Shown here piece by piece: positions 24,187 to 38,000 of a stretch of DNA of 64,000 nucleotides (its first letter is position 1; the number at the start of each line of letters is the position of its first letter). The translations under genes were made by a program, and so were the position numbers. The stretch is from contig CM102288.1 in NCBI GenBank assembly GCA_046563655.1, positions 3,844,001 to 3,908,000 of the forward strand, read 5' to 3'. Origin of the DNA: Yuukianura sp. NJ FZ-2021. Its lineage: Eukaryota. The notes beneath the pieces were generated by a model. It was not told the DNA's origin and made no database searches. It saw only the letters and a program-made list of their open reading frames with translations.

Positions 24187-24318
24187 CTCACCAATGTCAG
24201 GTCCAATTTCTTGTAGATTTAGCACAGAGTCCACTTTAGTTTGATTTTTAGCGTCAGTGTCACTTCGGTCAAAGGTAGCGTTGTCAATGCCTCGATCCGT
24301 GTCGTGTGACACCCTCAT
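24187..24318 (-). CDS. Putative alternative first coding exon of the SLC28/CNT gene
   Basis: MRVSHDTDRGIDNATFDRSDTDAKNQTKVDSVLNLQEIGPDIGE|gtttag; DNxxF motif like the proximal exon (MDNPGF); a phase-0 donor compatible with the CNT exon-2 acceptor near 21941; upstream CAG|GTGAGT donor near 24490. Confidence 0.45.
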
Positions 24319-25479
24319 GGTCAATCCATGTACCGTTAATTGTAAAATCTAATTACTTAAAACAGTTTTTGGTGTGTTGGATAGTTTTAATTAAAAGTTA
24401 ACTTTTTAATTGTAATTAATTCTACACTAACTTCCTCATGTGTGTTCCTAGAAGTGACTCGATTAATTCTTCCTCTGCTCCATCACTCACCTGTAAAACT
24501 TTAAATACGCAAATCATGCGATGAATAGTCAACTTTACAGCAAAATTGGGTGTGTAAACGTGCAAAAATTTTGTAGGCTTTTGTAGGACAGGTTTGTGCC
24601 CTCAGGCCAGCCAGGAAATTAGCAAAAGTGTGCAGCAGTTACTAAAAAGTAGTGAGTAATTGAGTAATAAATTTTTACGTAATTTTGAAAAATGCTGTTA
24701 AATCACGAAGATTTTTTAATTCTGTGTAGTTGAATTCATAAAAAGTAAAATTAAAAATACAATCGTAGATTAACTCGGGACCATGAATTTAACTAAGGTT
24801 TTTAAACAGGTAACTTTCTTAAGATCTTCAAGAACATTTTTTAACTCTAATTTTTTTTAAAACTAATTGAAAATTTCAGTTTGAAATTAAGATTAAGTTT
24901 AACACCCTTTTTGTATAAGCGTAATCAATTGCGAAGTTCAATTGACAAAAGTTACTAAAAACTGTTCTAAATTATGATTCTATTTTAAGTATTTTTTATC
25001 AAAAGAAAATTTTATGAAAAAAAAATTTGGCTGCTTTTCTATCGAATTCAAAAGAGAATGATTGATTTTTCTTTCAGCAACGGAAACTTCAATGTTGTTG
25101 GCACTTTTTCATATTATTTTTTCGAAGTTCTTACGTCCGCCAACTATTTAGAAAATTTTTAAGAATCTAAAAATAGAACAGAATCTTAAAATATTTACAA
25201 AAAATGAATAACAGGCGATACGTTTTCAGTTTTGAATACAAAAAATGAATAAAAACAGAAACTTTGTGGACTAAATTTCGAATTTCGAAAACAAAACTAT
25301 TGGAGAGAAGCGAAATACTTTGACACGGTTTAAACGCTGTTGTGGTTGTAAGTATAAAAACGGTTTTAGACTAAATGACTGTAATTAAGTTAACTTAATT
25401 AAAGTTAAGTTTAAGTGTTACTTTGTATAAGTTATGGGTCATACTGATTTTGTGCAAAAGGTCAAAGGTCAACCATTTA

Positions 25480-28400
25480 CTACCGCGTTTCCGCTGAACT
25501 TCTGCCGTTTTCAATAACTATATTTTCAGCCTCCAGTATAATTGGCTGGAATCTGAGTGGCTGGTCTTCACCAGAGTTTCCCTGCAGCGTCAGCGCTCCA
25601 GTGCTACCACTTAACGCTGAACTCCACCGATGTTTTCGTCTGCGATTTAACATTTCGTCACGTGACAAATAGGTTTTGGCCGTTGCAAAAATCCTTTTCA
25701 GAGGATGATCTCCGTCTAGATGAAATGTCGTTGTGGTTTCCGGTGGCGGTCGTTCGGTGATCATCGGAGAGTCTCCTTGCATTGAACTTGCCAAGTCACG
25801 TGAGTGTGTACTTCGGACGTTAAGGGTGGAGCCACCATGGTGGTGCCTGCGTCTATGCTGCGTCGTAACTGCTGGGGCTTGGCGTCCAGAATCTTCGTTT
25901 TGCCAAAAATGTTGCTCTTCATGAGATTCAAAATTTTCGGTATCAAAATCCGAAATTTTCGGAGATGATCTCTGAGAGTCGGGTGAAAATGAAAGTTGAT
26001 ATGAAACGGCACGTTGAGAGGCGTCATTTGCCGAGGTCACTGGCAAGGTCAAAGTACAAAGTTCAAGGATCGGTGCTGGGTATCGGATCGGTTCCGGAAC
26101 AGTTACGGTTCCGGTAGGTCTGGAACGTCTCGACTGTGTTTTCGGGGCTGCTCGAGATGGAGGCTGATGATTGGTCAAGTCTGTTCAAAATCAAAAAAAT
26201 GAAATTGTTGACTCAATTTTTTTGAAATTTTGAAAACTTACTAGTGAGTGGGCAGTGAACGTTTGAAAAGTAAGTTGAAGGATCGACCAGATCATTGTCT
26301 TCATTTACAACTTCCAGGGAGAGTCCGTAGTTAATTTTAGACTCTAGCCACATTCTAGCTGCCTTCTGAATGTCAAAATCAATCCATCCAGATTCCTTTA
26401 CCAAAAGACTTCGAGAGTCTAACAGCTTCTTCTTGTCTAAAAACAAACATTTTTCTAAAATATTTTCTAAACAAAATATTTTTGAAACAAGTTTTAAAAA
26501 AAGTCTGTATGCTTACAGTGGTGCTTTGTAATGGGCGCTGTGTACCAGTATACTTTGACAAAAATCTTTTCCTCAGAGGGTGCCAAATTTTGAGAAATAA
26601 CGGCACGCGTCGTAGCTAGTTGACCTTGACCTTGTCTATTTTGATTCTGTTGGGCATGAGCAGCAATTTCGTCGTTTGTATTGTTACAGAATTCAGACGA
26701 TTTCGGTAGTTCGAATCTCGCAGGCTGCAAAACCAAAAGAAAAAGTTCGGTCAGAATTCCTAATTTTCTAAATCTCAAAATTTTGGAACAAATTTTTTTG
26801 AAAAACTACCTCTGCATTTGGACCTCGGCCGATCTTATAGAGGCGGAATTTGGCCGATACGATGTTGATGCTGTTTGTGGGAGTGGGTGGGACTTTTCGG
26901 CGGAGAAGCGGAAGTGTGGGGGTGGGGAGGGGTGAGGTCACTGGTGGGTCATTCAGGGGGGCGCGTTGACCTCTGCGGGGTGGGAGAGAGGTGGTGACGG
27001 GTTGTTGCAAAGTTTCATAATTTTGGTATTGATTTGAACTGATGAGTCTGTTCATGTCTTCCAGGGCTGAGAGATTGAAGAAAATTGAAAACGAGTCTGG
27101 CTGTGTCCAGGCTTCAAAGTCAACTTTTGGAGGTAAGTCACCTAAAAACGGATTTTAAAAATTTGTTCTCAAATTTGAACTGTTTTTTCAAAATTTGAAA
27201 AATTCGGGTTGTATCAGTAGCTTACAAGAGGCTTGGAAGGAATCCAACTGTCCAGGAAAAGTGTTATTTGCTCTGTGTGTAAATCGAGTTGTGTTGGTGG
27301 GTTCGTCTGATGGAGGAAGGCGAGTTCCAGTTTCATTTGCCTAAATATTACAAAATTTTGAAAATTTCAAAACAAAATTTTCGAAAAACTTGTCAATTTT
27401 TGACACTCACGTCGTTACTTGAAGCTCCAGTAACTGCTGGCTTGTTACTTCGTCCGAGAGCTTCGAGAATGAACATTTCAATTGCCTTCAGTCGCCTTTC
27501 CTTATCCCTGAAACAGAAAATGAACTTAATTATTAAAAAATTAACTCTAGATTACTAAAAATTTCTAATTAATTTCTGAATTAGTCACATCATCACACAA
27601 AAAACAAGCAAAATTAAAAATTAAAGTGTGAGAAACATTCTAAAAACACAAGAAAAATTGACGAGAGCATAAATTGCAGTCAAGTGCATTAAAAATTTCC
27701 ATCCCCATTAGTTAAAATTTATCTTAATTATACTTAATTTCTTAAAAGTTCTTTGGTTTACAACACTTTTACATAAAAAGTCTGAAACTTTCAGTTTCTA
27801 GAGTCAACTGGACCAGATTAGGTCAACTTCAGGTTAAAAGTCAGCCGACATGACTCATGCAACTCAAAGATCTAACATTCCTTTCCAAAATCATAAAAAA
27901 GTATGATTCGTAGTAAATCGCAGTAAAACTACCCCTGTTCAACGCAATTTCTGCAATTGCGATGTTCAAAAGTTCAAAATTTGAAGAAAAGACGCGCCCA
28001 TGCTGCTACGCACTTGGACGTAAAAGAAGATGAGCGCTCTGGCCGTTCATTCATCAAAGTCCAAGTGACTTTAGTTGTCAATTGCGCCACAATTGACCCT
28101 TATCAACCGTCTCATTCACTTTTTCCACTAGAAGATTAAAACTGTAAACAAACTTATGAACTTAAACTACACATTTCAATGTAAACTTCAAAAAGAGAGG
28201 GAATTTCAGGAGTGTCATTTTTAGGAAAGTTTACGCACGTCAATCTGGGCAGTTGGACCAGTCTCATGGAAAAACACACAGACGCTGTCTTTGTTCCTTT
28301 TGGAAATGAACTAATCATGGTCATTTCTCAACAAAAATTGCTTAACTGGGCTCAATTTAACGTTTAAATTGAGTTATAAGCTCATATGAATACGTTGTTG

Positions 28401-31400
28401 CGGTTAACCTTACTTTTCAATTTAAAATTAGCGGGAAACCCGGATAAAATTGGGGAATACCGAAGTGCCGGAAGCTGGGAGTGATCCCACAACCCCAACT
28501 CTTGCGTCATCAACACTGACCACTCACCTGCCACACTTTTCCTGATCATTGCATCATCCTAATTGGAAATTGCGTGAGAAATTTTCAACATTCCAAGGAA
28601 CTTTGATGATGAGGACTAACCTAACCTCAATAATTCGTGGTTTGCAAGTGATCTCCGAGGAATGCAAGGTTCCTTGACAACCATCTAACAACTCCTTAAC
28701 AGGTTGCGTATTAACTCCGTTCTTTACCAAAAAAAAATTAAAATACTAACAACAATCTGAGTACCCAAAAAATTCTAAATTTTGTACCAATTCGTATGTA
28801 AAATTAAAAAAAAAATTGCTTTTAATGTTATGGTTACGATACCTTAAAATGCAAATTAACTTTTTTGTGAAATATAAAAAAAACGTGAGTTATTGTTATT
28901 ATGCAACCTGTGATGGAAAATTAAATCAGCAAACCTTGGAGGAATGTGTGGAATGTTACTTTTTAAACAAAAAAATCTCCCGAGTTGTAAAAATCATGTT
29001 GTTGTCATCACCCGCCACTCAATTTTTTTCTTAGTTGATGAAAGAGTGAAAAATCGTAAGACGGATGAAATATTGCATCAGTGGCGTAAAAGTTGTGAGA
29101 TTTTTTTGAATGGTCAAGTGTGTAGTACGCAGTAGTTGTTGGTTGGGACTGATCTGAACTGACTTTTAGGCTGAAAAGTAGTTGCATAACCATAGCCTAA
29201 GTTGTACTTTTTTTTGTAAGTACTTTTTAGCCCCAAAAAACACCCATTCATTCCTAAGATGCTTTCCATTCATTCACTTTACTCGACTTTTTACAGATCT
29301 CCTCTCGTGTGTTTTTAACTTGAAGTAAGAAAAAACCTCAACTCAAAACTGTTTCTTTTTACTACTCAGCAGGAGACTGTCTGGAATTTTTTTGAACATA
29401 GAAATATACACAACCAGGAAAAAACTACGAGATCATCTTCATCTTCATCTTTTCGGACAAACCGGCTTACTACAAAAGTATCAAGGGGAAGCGGGATTCT
29501 GGTTTGGACCAATCAGAAGCTTGCGTTTCCGTATCGTACGATAACCTGATTCATCTCCTCTGCTCATTTCACTTTCATTGTTCAAATTCAAACAATGATG
29601 GAAAAAAAACTTTCAACTTTCCTTGTCTGAAATCCTACCCCTTGAAGTCCCCCTTTTCAAACAAAAAGTCTCAAGGGACCCTCCAGTCTGCAGACGATGT
29701 TTGCCTACCCTAAATTTTAAGTCTGTCTGGTTTAAGACCAATGAACCCAAATTCTTTCAAATTCCAAATGTTTTGCCGGGTACTTTTGAAAACACTTTGA
29801 ATTGAAATGAGCAACGTCCGACTCAAAACCAATTTGTTGTTTAATTACTTTTTTGGGTTTTGGAAAAATAAAAAACGGGATTTTGGTCAAAGTGGAATTG
29901 GCTTGAAAAGAAGCGACGTCATTGGGCGGAAGATAAAGACAGGAAAATCAAGTCGTTTGAGTAAAGTGGTCAAGGGAGAAGCGTAATTTTGCCAAAAAGT
30001 TGCGAAATTGAGTTGACACTTGACGAGAGTGAGTCAATTGGAATTGTACGCATCTTGTGTGTATGAAATGGGGATGTGGTAAAGATGTCTAGACAACCAC
30101 AACAACATTGACCGCAACCATGGTCATCTGAACAACCGAACAGGTCACAGGATCATACCACTTCAACCAAAAAAGTACAGCATGTATCACAAGTTCCTGT
30201 TTGCAAAAGCGAAACTTTTCCAAGATTTTCCAACATTTGCCTAAAAGTTGTACCGGATGAATCAAAAGTTGCTTTTTAGTGTAAACCTAAAAGAAATGGA
30301 GAAAGTGGTTGAAGCAAAGCTGCATTGCATCTGCTGTACCCACCGCCGGTCTTTGGTTTTTGGCCAAAAAAATTATCTTTGAACTGGGTTAACTCCCAAG
30401 TCCAAAAAACGAAACAGAAAACAGAATATTTTTGACGTTTTGGAAGCGGATCTATTTATCATACATCATCCTGTACAACGCACCTTTAATTGACACCTTG
30501 CAGATCCCTGTTCAACTGCGTCATTCCATCTTTTGCCAACAACCTCTTGAAACAAGGCTTCTGATTGGTCCACCGACAAGTACCTCAACACTCCTACAGT
30601 AATTAATCACCATGGCCACCATCTACTACGCAAATTATCCCAAGGGCACCTCTACCAGTCATGCATGCCTCGCCTCACGTCACCCGAACAATGGTAAAAC
30701 TCAGGTACATCCTTCCCTACCCTTAAATCATCACACTTTCAAAATTTTGAAAAAAGTTGGCCCTGAATTTAGGTTGGAGTTGAAATTTTTTCACAAATTT
30801 TATAGGAATCCCCAAATTTTTATGGAAAGTCATTTAACGGGTATTAAAAAATGATAATATTTTAGTATGCCTTAAAAATAGAATTGAAAATGATAAATTT
30901 GTGTCAAGATCACGAGAGTTATAAAAAACGGAAATTAAAATGCGGAAATGAAAACTTTCCAAGGCAAAGCATAAAGTTAAAAATAGTTAAAATTTGCTAA
31001 ATTTGGAGAAAGTTAGTGAAAGTTCCACTCTTACTAAGAATTGGAGCAACGTCCAACTTTCTCTTACCGATTTGCAACAAAGTCAGAGTGAGGAGGCAGA
31101 AGCGTGAAAACGCTTTCGTTCCTACTCACCACCATCCGCATTCGCCTTCAAAATTAAGTCCAACTTACATTAAACTTTCTTTTTCAAAATTAACTTTCAA
31201 AATTTAGTTGAACTTGAAAAAATAAAAAGAATTCTAAAATTCAAAAATTTAAAGACCTAAAACACCATTCATCTTTTTCGTCTTTCATAATTTTCCCAAA
31301 AATTTTCTTTGAAATTAAACATTCTCGCTGATTCTGATGAAATTCTCCTGCTTTTCCTTACATTCTTCAAAATTTGTGTACTTGGTTTGTTGAATTCTAA

Positions 31401-31581
31401 AATTTTGAAATTTTTGTTACCTTTGCCTTGTTTCGTTGTGCCAATCGCTGAATTCTGGAGCCGGAAGATCCGCAAGCGAATCCTGCATTTGTTGATTTTG
31501 ATTTTCACTTCGCAAAATTGGCGTAGCTTGGACCAACAGAAGCGTCGTCCCCAAAATAACTACGACCGTACACAACACCAT
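25480..31581 (-). CDS. Anachronism-like secreted protein with TGF-beta propeptide-like domain and no mature cystine-knot
   Basis: Exon 1 (31581-31421) MVLCTVVVILGTTLLLVQA-TPILRSE...SDWHNETRQR splices over a 3.9-kb intron (27508-31420) to DKERRLKAIEMFILEALG; then 'SAKFRLYK', 'VKVYWYTAPITKHH', 'LLDSR...GWIDFDIQKAARMW..NYGLSLEV', 'PILELCTL'; the tail has RRRHHH and RRRKHR but no Cys knot. Confidence 0.72.
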
Positions 31582-31860
31582 TTTAACAAAAGTTTTTTCA
31601 AATTAACCAAAGTTTTTAAGAAAATTCAAAATTTTCGAATTCCAAGCGACGATGTCACAGGTTAACACCGCTTAAATTTTTTTATATTTCGGTTGTCTGT
31701 AGATTACGTGTCTTAAAAGTTTCTAATTCTTCGTAGGGGGCAAGTAACTACCAAAATATTTTCAATATTTTTGAATTCAGTTGAAAAATGTCTTTTTTTA
31801 ACTTTTTAAAAATTTGTGCCGTTTGAAGAGGAAATGTTTGTTTGAAGAAAGTCAGAGTGG

Positions 31861-31898
31861 AACTGAATCTTGGTGTGCCGCCTGAGATTCCCTATATA
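31861..31898 (-). promoter_or_regulatory. TATA plus Inr core promoter of the anachronism-like gene
   Basis: Minus strand TATATAGGG (31898-31890) followed about 30 bp later by TCAGTT (31866-31861). Confidence 0.5.
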
Positions 31899-33677
31899 GG
31901 CTCCGCCAGACACCCAAACAGCCTTTAGGATCACGAGTCTCACAGGACCTACAAAACCAGACAAAATCCACCCAGACACACGCCAACAGCCACCCAGACT
32001 CAATTAGGAACCTTCATGCACCTCTCGGGTCAAATTGACCCGCCACAGGTCAATCCAAACCAAAGAAACCGAATTATCCCGCCAAGCGATTGAATTTGAA
32101 GGCCAAATGACAAAAGAGAAAGTTTTTGATTCTTGGAAAAGTTTCAGGGACATTTTTTTTCTCATTTGTTAGCTAAAGTACCTGAAAGCGTCAATCAACC
32201 AAAAAAGAAATTTCAAAAAGCACCAATTTTTTGTGAATCAGAGTCACGTTCAAAATAACATCGAAATTTGTGATTCATCGGTCAAAAATTGCAGCGCAAT
32301 TAAAAGCGGGTCACACCCAAATCTTCCATTCTGGCTTAAATTTTTTTCATAATTTTTGTTTTTGTGATAAATCTATTGCGTGGTCCAGTTGACATCATCG
32401 GTTCAAGTCTCAAGCCAAAACAAACGTCGTCACTTCTTTTCTTAGACAAGTCCTAATTTTTTGGACAAACCCAAAAATTCTAGTTTTCTAGCAATTCCGT
32501 AATTTTGATTTTGCGTTTTTGAAAATTCACGCATTTGGTATGCGTCTAGCCAGAGATTGCGTCACATGACGATTGCGTGGCGTTGGCAAATAAAAAACGT
32601 TTTGATTTTCCGCAGACGAGACAAGTGGAACCTTTTAAGATAAAAATGTGAAGCGTTTTTTCAAAAAAAAAATTGATTGTAGATTTGTCACTTCTTTGCT
32701 AAAAAGTTCTTTCATTCTCAAATCTCCAATGAAAGTTACGTTTTTTACTACAGAGGTGTACATTGTACAAAAAATGACAATTGAATTAGAGCACGCACAA
32801 TTTGACCCAAGGATTCCATGTTTTTTGTTTGTCGATGACCTCATGTCAATCGTGACCTCATTCCATGCGGTAAGTGACGAATGAACTTCACAGTTGAATT
32901 AGGTTATGCATCTTCTCATTCAAATTTTGATTATTTGCTGAGAGTTGACATTTTTGAAAAAAAATTTGAAATTGACAAAATTTTTAAACAAGGCAGTAGG
33001 TCAAGGGGTTCGTGACCTCTTAAAGGTGATGCAACTTTGATTGAACAAAAACACTGATGAAGAATTCGGACTTTTCTGAGAAGAGAACTTTTGTGAAACA
33101 TTTTTTGAAAAAAGGAAGAAATTTTTTGAACGTGGAAGATTTTGACGGAAAAGTTCCAAGAAGCGGCTTGTAGGTTAGGTAAATATTATTGAAAAAGCAG
33201 CATGTTTCGAGAGTAGTGTTGTGACCTCAATTGAATTTGGTTTCAATTGTTCTTTTTTCAAAAATATTTGTCTTCAAATTTTTTTAAACTTCAAAATTTG
33301 GCACAATCGACCTTTGCGTGCATTTTGTACACAAAGGTGAACGGCCTCTCCGTTTAATCTTTGTCCTCTACTGTGCTAATTTTGCCGACAACGGCGACAC
33401 TTCACATTGTAAGTTTGGAGTAACATGTAGCACCAGCCGCGTCACTTTGTCGCTGATTTCGATCATGATTAGAAGAATGCTTAAAATGTTTTGGTTTTAC
33501 CGCCACTTTGAAAACATGTGAACAATGATATGTTAAAACTCTCCGGAAAGTTAAAGATGTGATCCCATTCGGACGTTCAGCAGAAGATAATTTAGTCGAA
33601 ACCTTAATTACAAAAGATGTTTTGATTCTCAATTCTTTTTGATTTTCATTCGAAAAGCAAGATTTTTCCTGTCATAA

Positions 33678-34004
33678 TAAGAAAACAGACGCTACATTTG
33701 AATTTGGCTCAGTTTTTGAATTGTTGTGAGCGCGAAATTTAAATTTAGCGTCACTTTAGATTTCACGTGCAAGACGAACTTCTTTCGTCTCTATAAGAAA
33801 ACCGACGCTACATTTGAATTTGGCTTAGTTTTATGAATTGTTGTGAGCGGGAAATTCAAACTTAGCGTCACTTTAGAATTCGACTGCAAGCAAATTGCTT
33901 TGCTACATGGACTATTTTCGTCGCTAGAAGAGAACCGACGCTACATTTGAATTTGGCTCAATTTTTTGAAAATCTTGTGAGCGGGAAATTCAAACTTAGC
34001 GTCA
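33678..34004. repeat. Three tandem copies of a ~116-134-bp unit
   Basis: aagaaaac(a/c)gacgctacatttgaatttggct...ttgtgagcg(c/g)gaaatt(t/c)aaa(t/c)ttagcgtca at about 33678, 33794 and 33928. Confidence 0.85.
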
Positions 34005-35303
34005 TTCTTTGTTCACAATGAAAAATCATTTCAACTTTTACATTTTTTTAAAAATTGCTGGACTGCATTCGCTCTTTCATCAGAACGATTTTTAAAAATG
34101 TCAAATTTTGAAAAAGTGTAAAATCAGCACAAATTATCTAAACAGTCTGACACGGGCGGACTGAAACTTGTTTAAATTTGGACAAACAAGTTTGTTTATG
34201 ACTGACAGACAAGGAACTTTTTTTTGAAGATTTCAATCACGAATTGCACTGTATGCAGAAAAGTGCAGTTTGGTGCACTCAACTTGTAGATACAAACTGG
34301 CGACTGGTTGGCGACTGGCGACATATCGCTTATTCGTCCAGACTTTTCGCTGAACCTTGACCTCTACCTCTAGTCTCGCCAATAGTTCATGGCTTTTTAG
34401 GCCTAACTGATGTCACCCATGAATTTGCAAGTGGAATTTTACTACTAGAATTTAAAAAAGCTTACTACGTTTGTTGCGACATCTGATCCTGATTTTTTCT
34501 AAGAATTTTTACGATTTCTTTTTGAATTTTGAATAACAATGTTTGTAGACGTAAAAGTGTCATGTCGGCCGATCCGAACCAATGATTAGCATGACATGAC
34601 CTTATTTCCACTTCCAGAAAAAATTAACATGCATAAGAGATCAGTTTTCTCAGAATTTTGTTTTTGTTTAGTACGTTTTTCAAAAAGTTAAAATTTCAAA
34701 TTTCGGACGTTTTGATGTTACCATTTTTCACATTCACTTTGAATTATTCATATTTCCTACTTTTTTTTTCATTTCTTGATAATCTGATTTCTGTCGATTT
34801 TTTGAAGGTTCCGAAAAATCTTGTTGACTCATCTCAAAAATTTGCGTCGCGTCTAAAGCTAATTTTGGATTCAGAGGAATTTTGGAATTTTAAACTAAAA
34901 ATACATAAAAATCGAAATTTATTGCTCGCTAAAGCATTCTTTTTTCAATTTTTTGAAACGTTAAAGTCTTTGGGCTTTGGAGTGGTGGCAGATCAGTTAC
35001 GTTGGAATCTGTTTCTAAAGTTTTGATTTCCCAATCCGAGTAGACTGAGAGAGAGGATGGGCCGAGTAGTAAAACGGTTGACCTCTAGTTGACCTGTCCA
35101 TTCAGAACAGTGACGAAAGTGACATGGATGATGGGCGGAACAGGTCAAAAAGTGACATGAATGATGGGCGGGACAGGTCAAGTTATCAACAACTTGGTCA
35201 ACAAGTTGTGGAAAATACCAACCCATGTTTTCAAACAACCTTGACTCTGATCATTCCCCTCAAAGCCCACATGACCTTAAAAATAGTAGTAAATTACGAC
35301 AAT

Positions 35304-35400
35304 TTTTAATCACGAGCTGTGTTAAATTGTCCATTCAAGCCGATACGACTCGTAATTTGTCTCGAATGGACAGTTTAACACAACTCGTGAGTGATTAAAA
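35304..35400. repeat. Long imperfect palindrome (hairpin)
   Basis: tcacgagctgtgttaaattgtccattc (from 35310) pairs with gaatggacagtttaacacaactcgtga (to 35390), 25/27 complementary, with further partial pairing inside and outside. Confidence 0.8.
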
Positions 35401-36150
35401 TCGATGAAAACTTCGACATGACGAAGCATGGAAAAAATGGGGGCGGGGGCCTTTTTTGATAATCTTGGTTGTATTAATTGGTTTAATTAACTTATGATGT
35501 AAACAAACGATTAATTGGCCCAGCGGACCAACGGCAACGGCTGTCCATGTCCGTCCACCATGCAAGAACTTTCTACACGAAAGTTTCGAAGCGGGAGAGG
35601 AATTTTTCTCAGCCAAAAAATCCTGCTGGTTTCATCTGCCAAGAATTCAATAAACAAACTGGAGGAAGATTTTATTAGCAGTCAAACGCTTTTTCGGTAA
35701 GTTATTCTGGATACGGGTCCTTTGTTTTGTTACAAAACCAATTAATAATCACATGTACAAAATGCATCTCAATTCTCAAGTGATCATGTGTTGCGACTGC
35801 TCTGCTCGTCTACTCTCTCCACTTTGAATCCTAACTTATCGATTTTTGTCTTTCCAGGAAATTACTTGTCTCACCTGTTGGTAATCTTCCATGTTAAGTT
35901 GGCCATATCCATTCTGAAGTTGGTCAAAGGACTTACGGATACTATGGTTCAGGTCGATTACTAATTCAAAGTAAGGAAAAGCACAGGTCAGCTCACTACA
36001 AATAACACAGTTTTTGAAACGTTATTAAAAGTCTGTTTTTCAAATTTTTATAGTTCCGGATTAACTTAATTTCTCAAAGTCAGTGGAATTCCTGTCACCA
36101 GGACCAACTAAATCGGTTGGAGTATCGTTTCTGGAAGGACAGCTGATGAT

Positions 36151-37120
36151 ATGGCCTATCTGTTCAAGGATCTGGACGAGAAGGAACGAATTACTTACCT
36201 TGAGAAGGAAATTACCCGGCTCCAAGAACTATGCCGAAATAACTTCGGCGTGATTGCTGATTTGAAAAAGGAAAACGAAAAACTACATGAAGTTCAACTG
36301 GAACTGAAGGAGACAACATCAGATTTAGCCTATAGCTTAGCTGAGTGTCCATGGGTAGGACTTGGAGCAGCGGATTCAGATGACCAACATCCGTCCATAG
36401 TCGAATCCTTCCGTGTCCTTGTCACTTATGTCAAGAACATCCAGTATATCCTGCATCTACCCTTGTTCTTGTAAGTACTAATCGCCATCACCTGTTTCCT
36501 CAACTGATCTCTGTAAACTATGGCATAAACATCTATGATCTGTGGTAATATGTTTGATTTTCAGTGATCCTATTGAGCAACTCGAGTCATGTGGAATGAA
36601 ACGTGACAAGGCACTCCGGTACTTGAAGATTCGTTGTTCCCGAAGGCAGAGGAAGCCCTTCAAGTGTCCAAAGTGCAAGAAGGACTTTAGCACGGAGGAT
36701 CGGAAGAAGAAGCATGTGGAGTTCCACAGTAACTTCCGGAAGAAGCTCCACTGTTCCCAGTGTAACAAGTACATTCAATCCTTCCGGTGCTTCAAATCTC
36801 ATCTCCAGAGTCATGAATTCACCAATCAGATGATGGCCTTCCCATCAATTGATTACCATCCACATGATACACTACTGCCCAACTTTCACATCTCCAATCA
36901 ACTTTTAGGAAGTAACCCAGAAACGAAGGGTCCGGCAGACACACCTTCAGAAACTACTGAACAAAACCAGCAACCGGATTCGCCGTTATCCACTTCCGTC
37001 ACCGGTGACATGGACTTGGAAGTGGTGGAAATCATTCCTAAGAAATTGAATGTAGAATCGCTTGACGTTGGAGAGAAAGGACAAGTGTCAAACTTCTGTC
37101 GACTGAATATACTTAAGTAG
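36151..37120 (+). CDS. Coiled-coil plus two C2H2 zinc-finger protein (2 coding exons)
   Basis: Exon 1 MAYLFKDLDEKERITYLEKEITRLQEL... splices (tt|gtaagt...ttttcag|t) into FKCPKCKKDFSTEDRKKKHVEFH and LHCSQCNKYIQSFRCFKSHLQSH. Confidence 0.7.
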
Positions 37121-38000
37121 GTGCATGATAACTTCAATTAGCTAAATTAACTTAACCTTGAGTTAGAATTCTTAGCTGTTGTTAGCTTAATTCTCAAATT
37201 TTGTTAATCTAGTCACTTTTTTTCTGTCAATTCTTCGAAAATTTGGCACCACCTTGATTTTTAAAAGACACGTCGGAAGACTGACGTTGAAGGTGTCGTT
37301 AGGATTTCAATCTGTTCAACCAGTATTAATTTAGATGTGTAGGAATACTTCCAATACTTTCTGGAAGCTTTAAGGCGTAAGGCTAATGTTTTTTTTTTCT
37401 AAAAAAAAAAAAGTGTTTTCGCAAACTTGTTTTCGCACATTGTCATTTTGGCGCTTGTTTATATTTTCGTCTATAAACTTATACATTAAAACTTTAAGTT
37501 AACTGTAGGATTTATATTAAAAAGAACACCAATAATTGACTTTTGGTTCGCTCGAAGGGGGGCCTGACCCCCAGTGACAATACTTTTTCTGAATTCTAAA
37601 GCTTTTTTGAAGGTCTTTCAGAAAAATCGCCGTGATTTTTGGAAAATGAAAGCCACTTTTCAGTTTCTGCTGTTGCCTCGTGTATCCGTGTTTTTCTGAA
37701 AACGTATTCATATTTTTGCGTGTCAAAATTTGGTTGACGTAAGGCGGAAGTGTAGCCAAAGACTTGGCCAAGTGCATGTCCAATTTAAAAAATATACTTG
37801 TTCAATTAATTGATGATGATATTTGGATCCATGAAATACTGGAACGTAGTGTACCCAATTAGTACCCAATTCCGGATCTAAATCAATTGTTAAAAGTTAT
37901 TCATAACGTTGACAATGGAATTGATCTAATCAAAATTCAATATAAAAAGCCGTTCCAGTGACAACTTCGGTCATTCTGTATTTTTTGAGAAACTTCCAAA

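Noticed and set aside
27600..35300. Numerous 60-120-aa ORFs in the anachronism intron and upstream region
   Set aside because: Composition reflects AT-rich non-coding DNA (F/K/L-rich); the only supported coding piece is the exon at 31421-31581.
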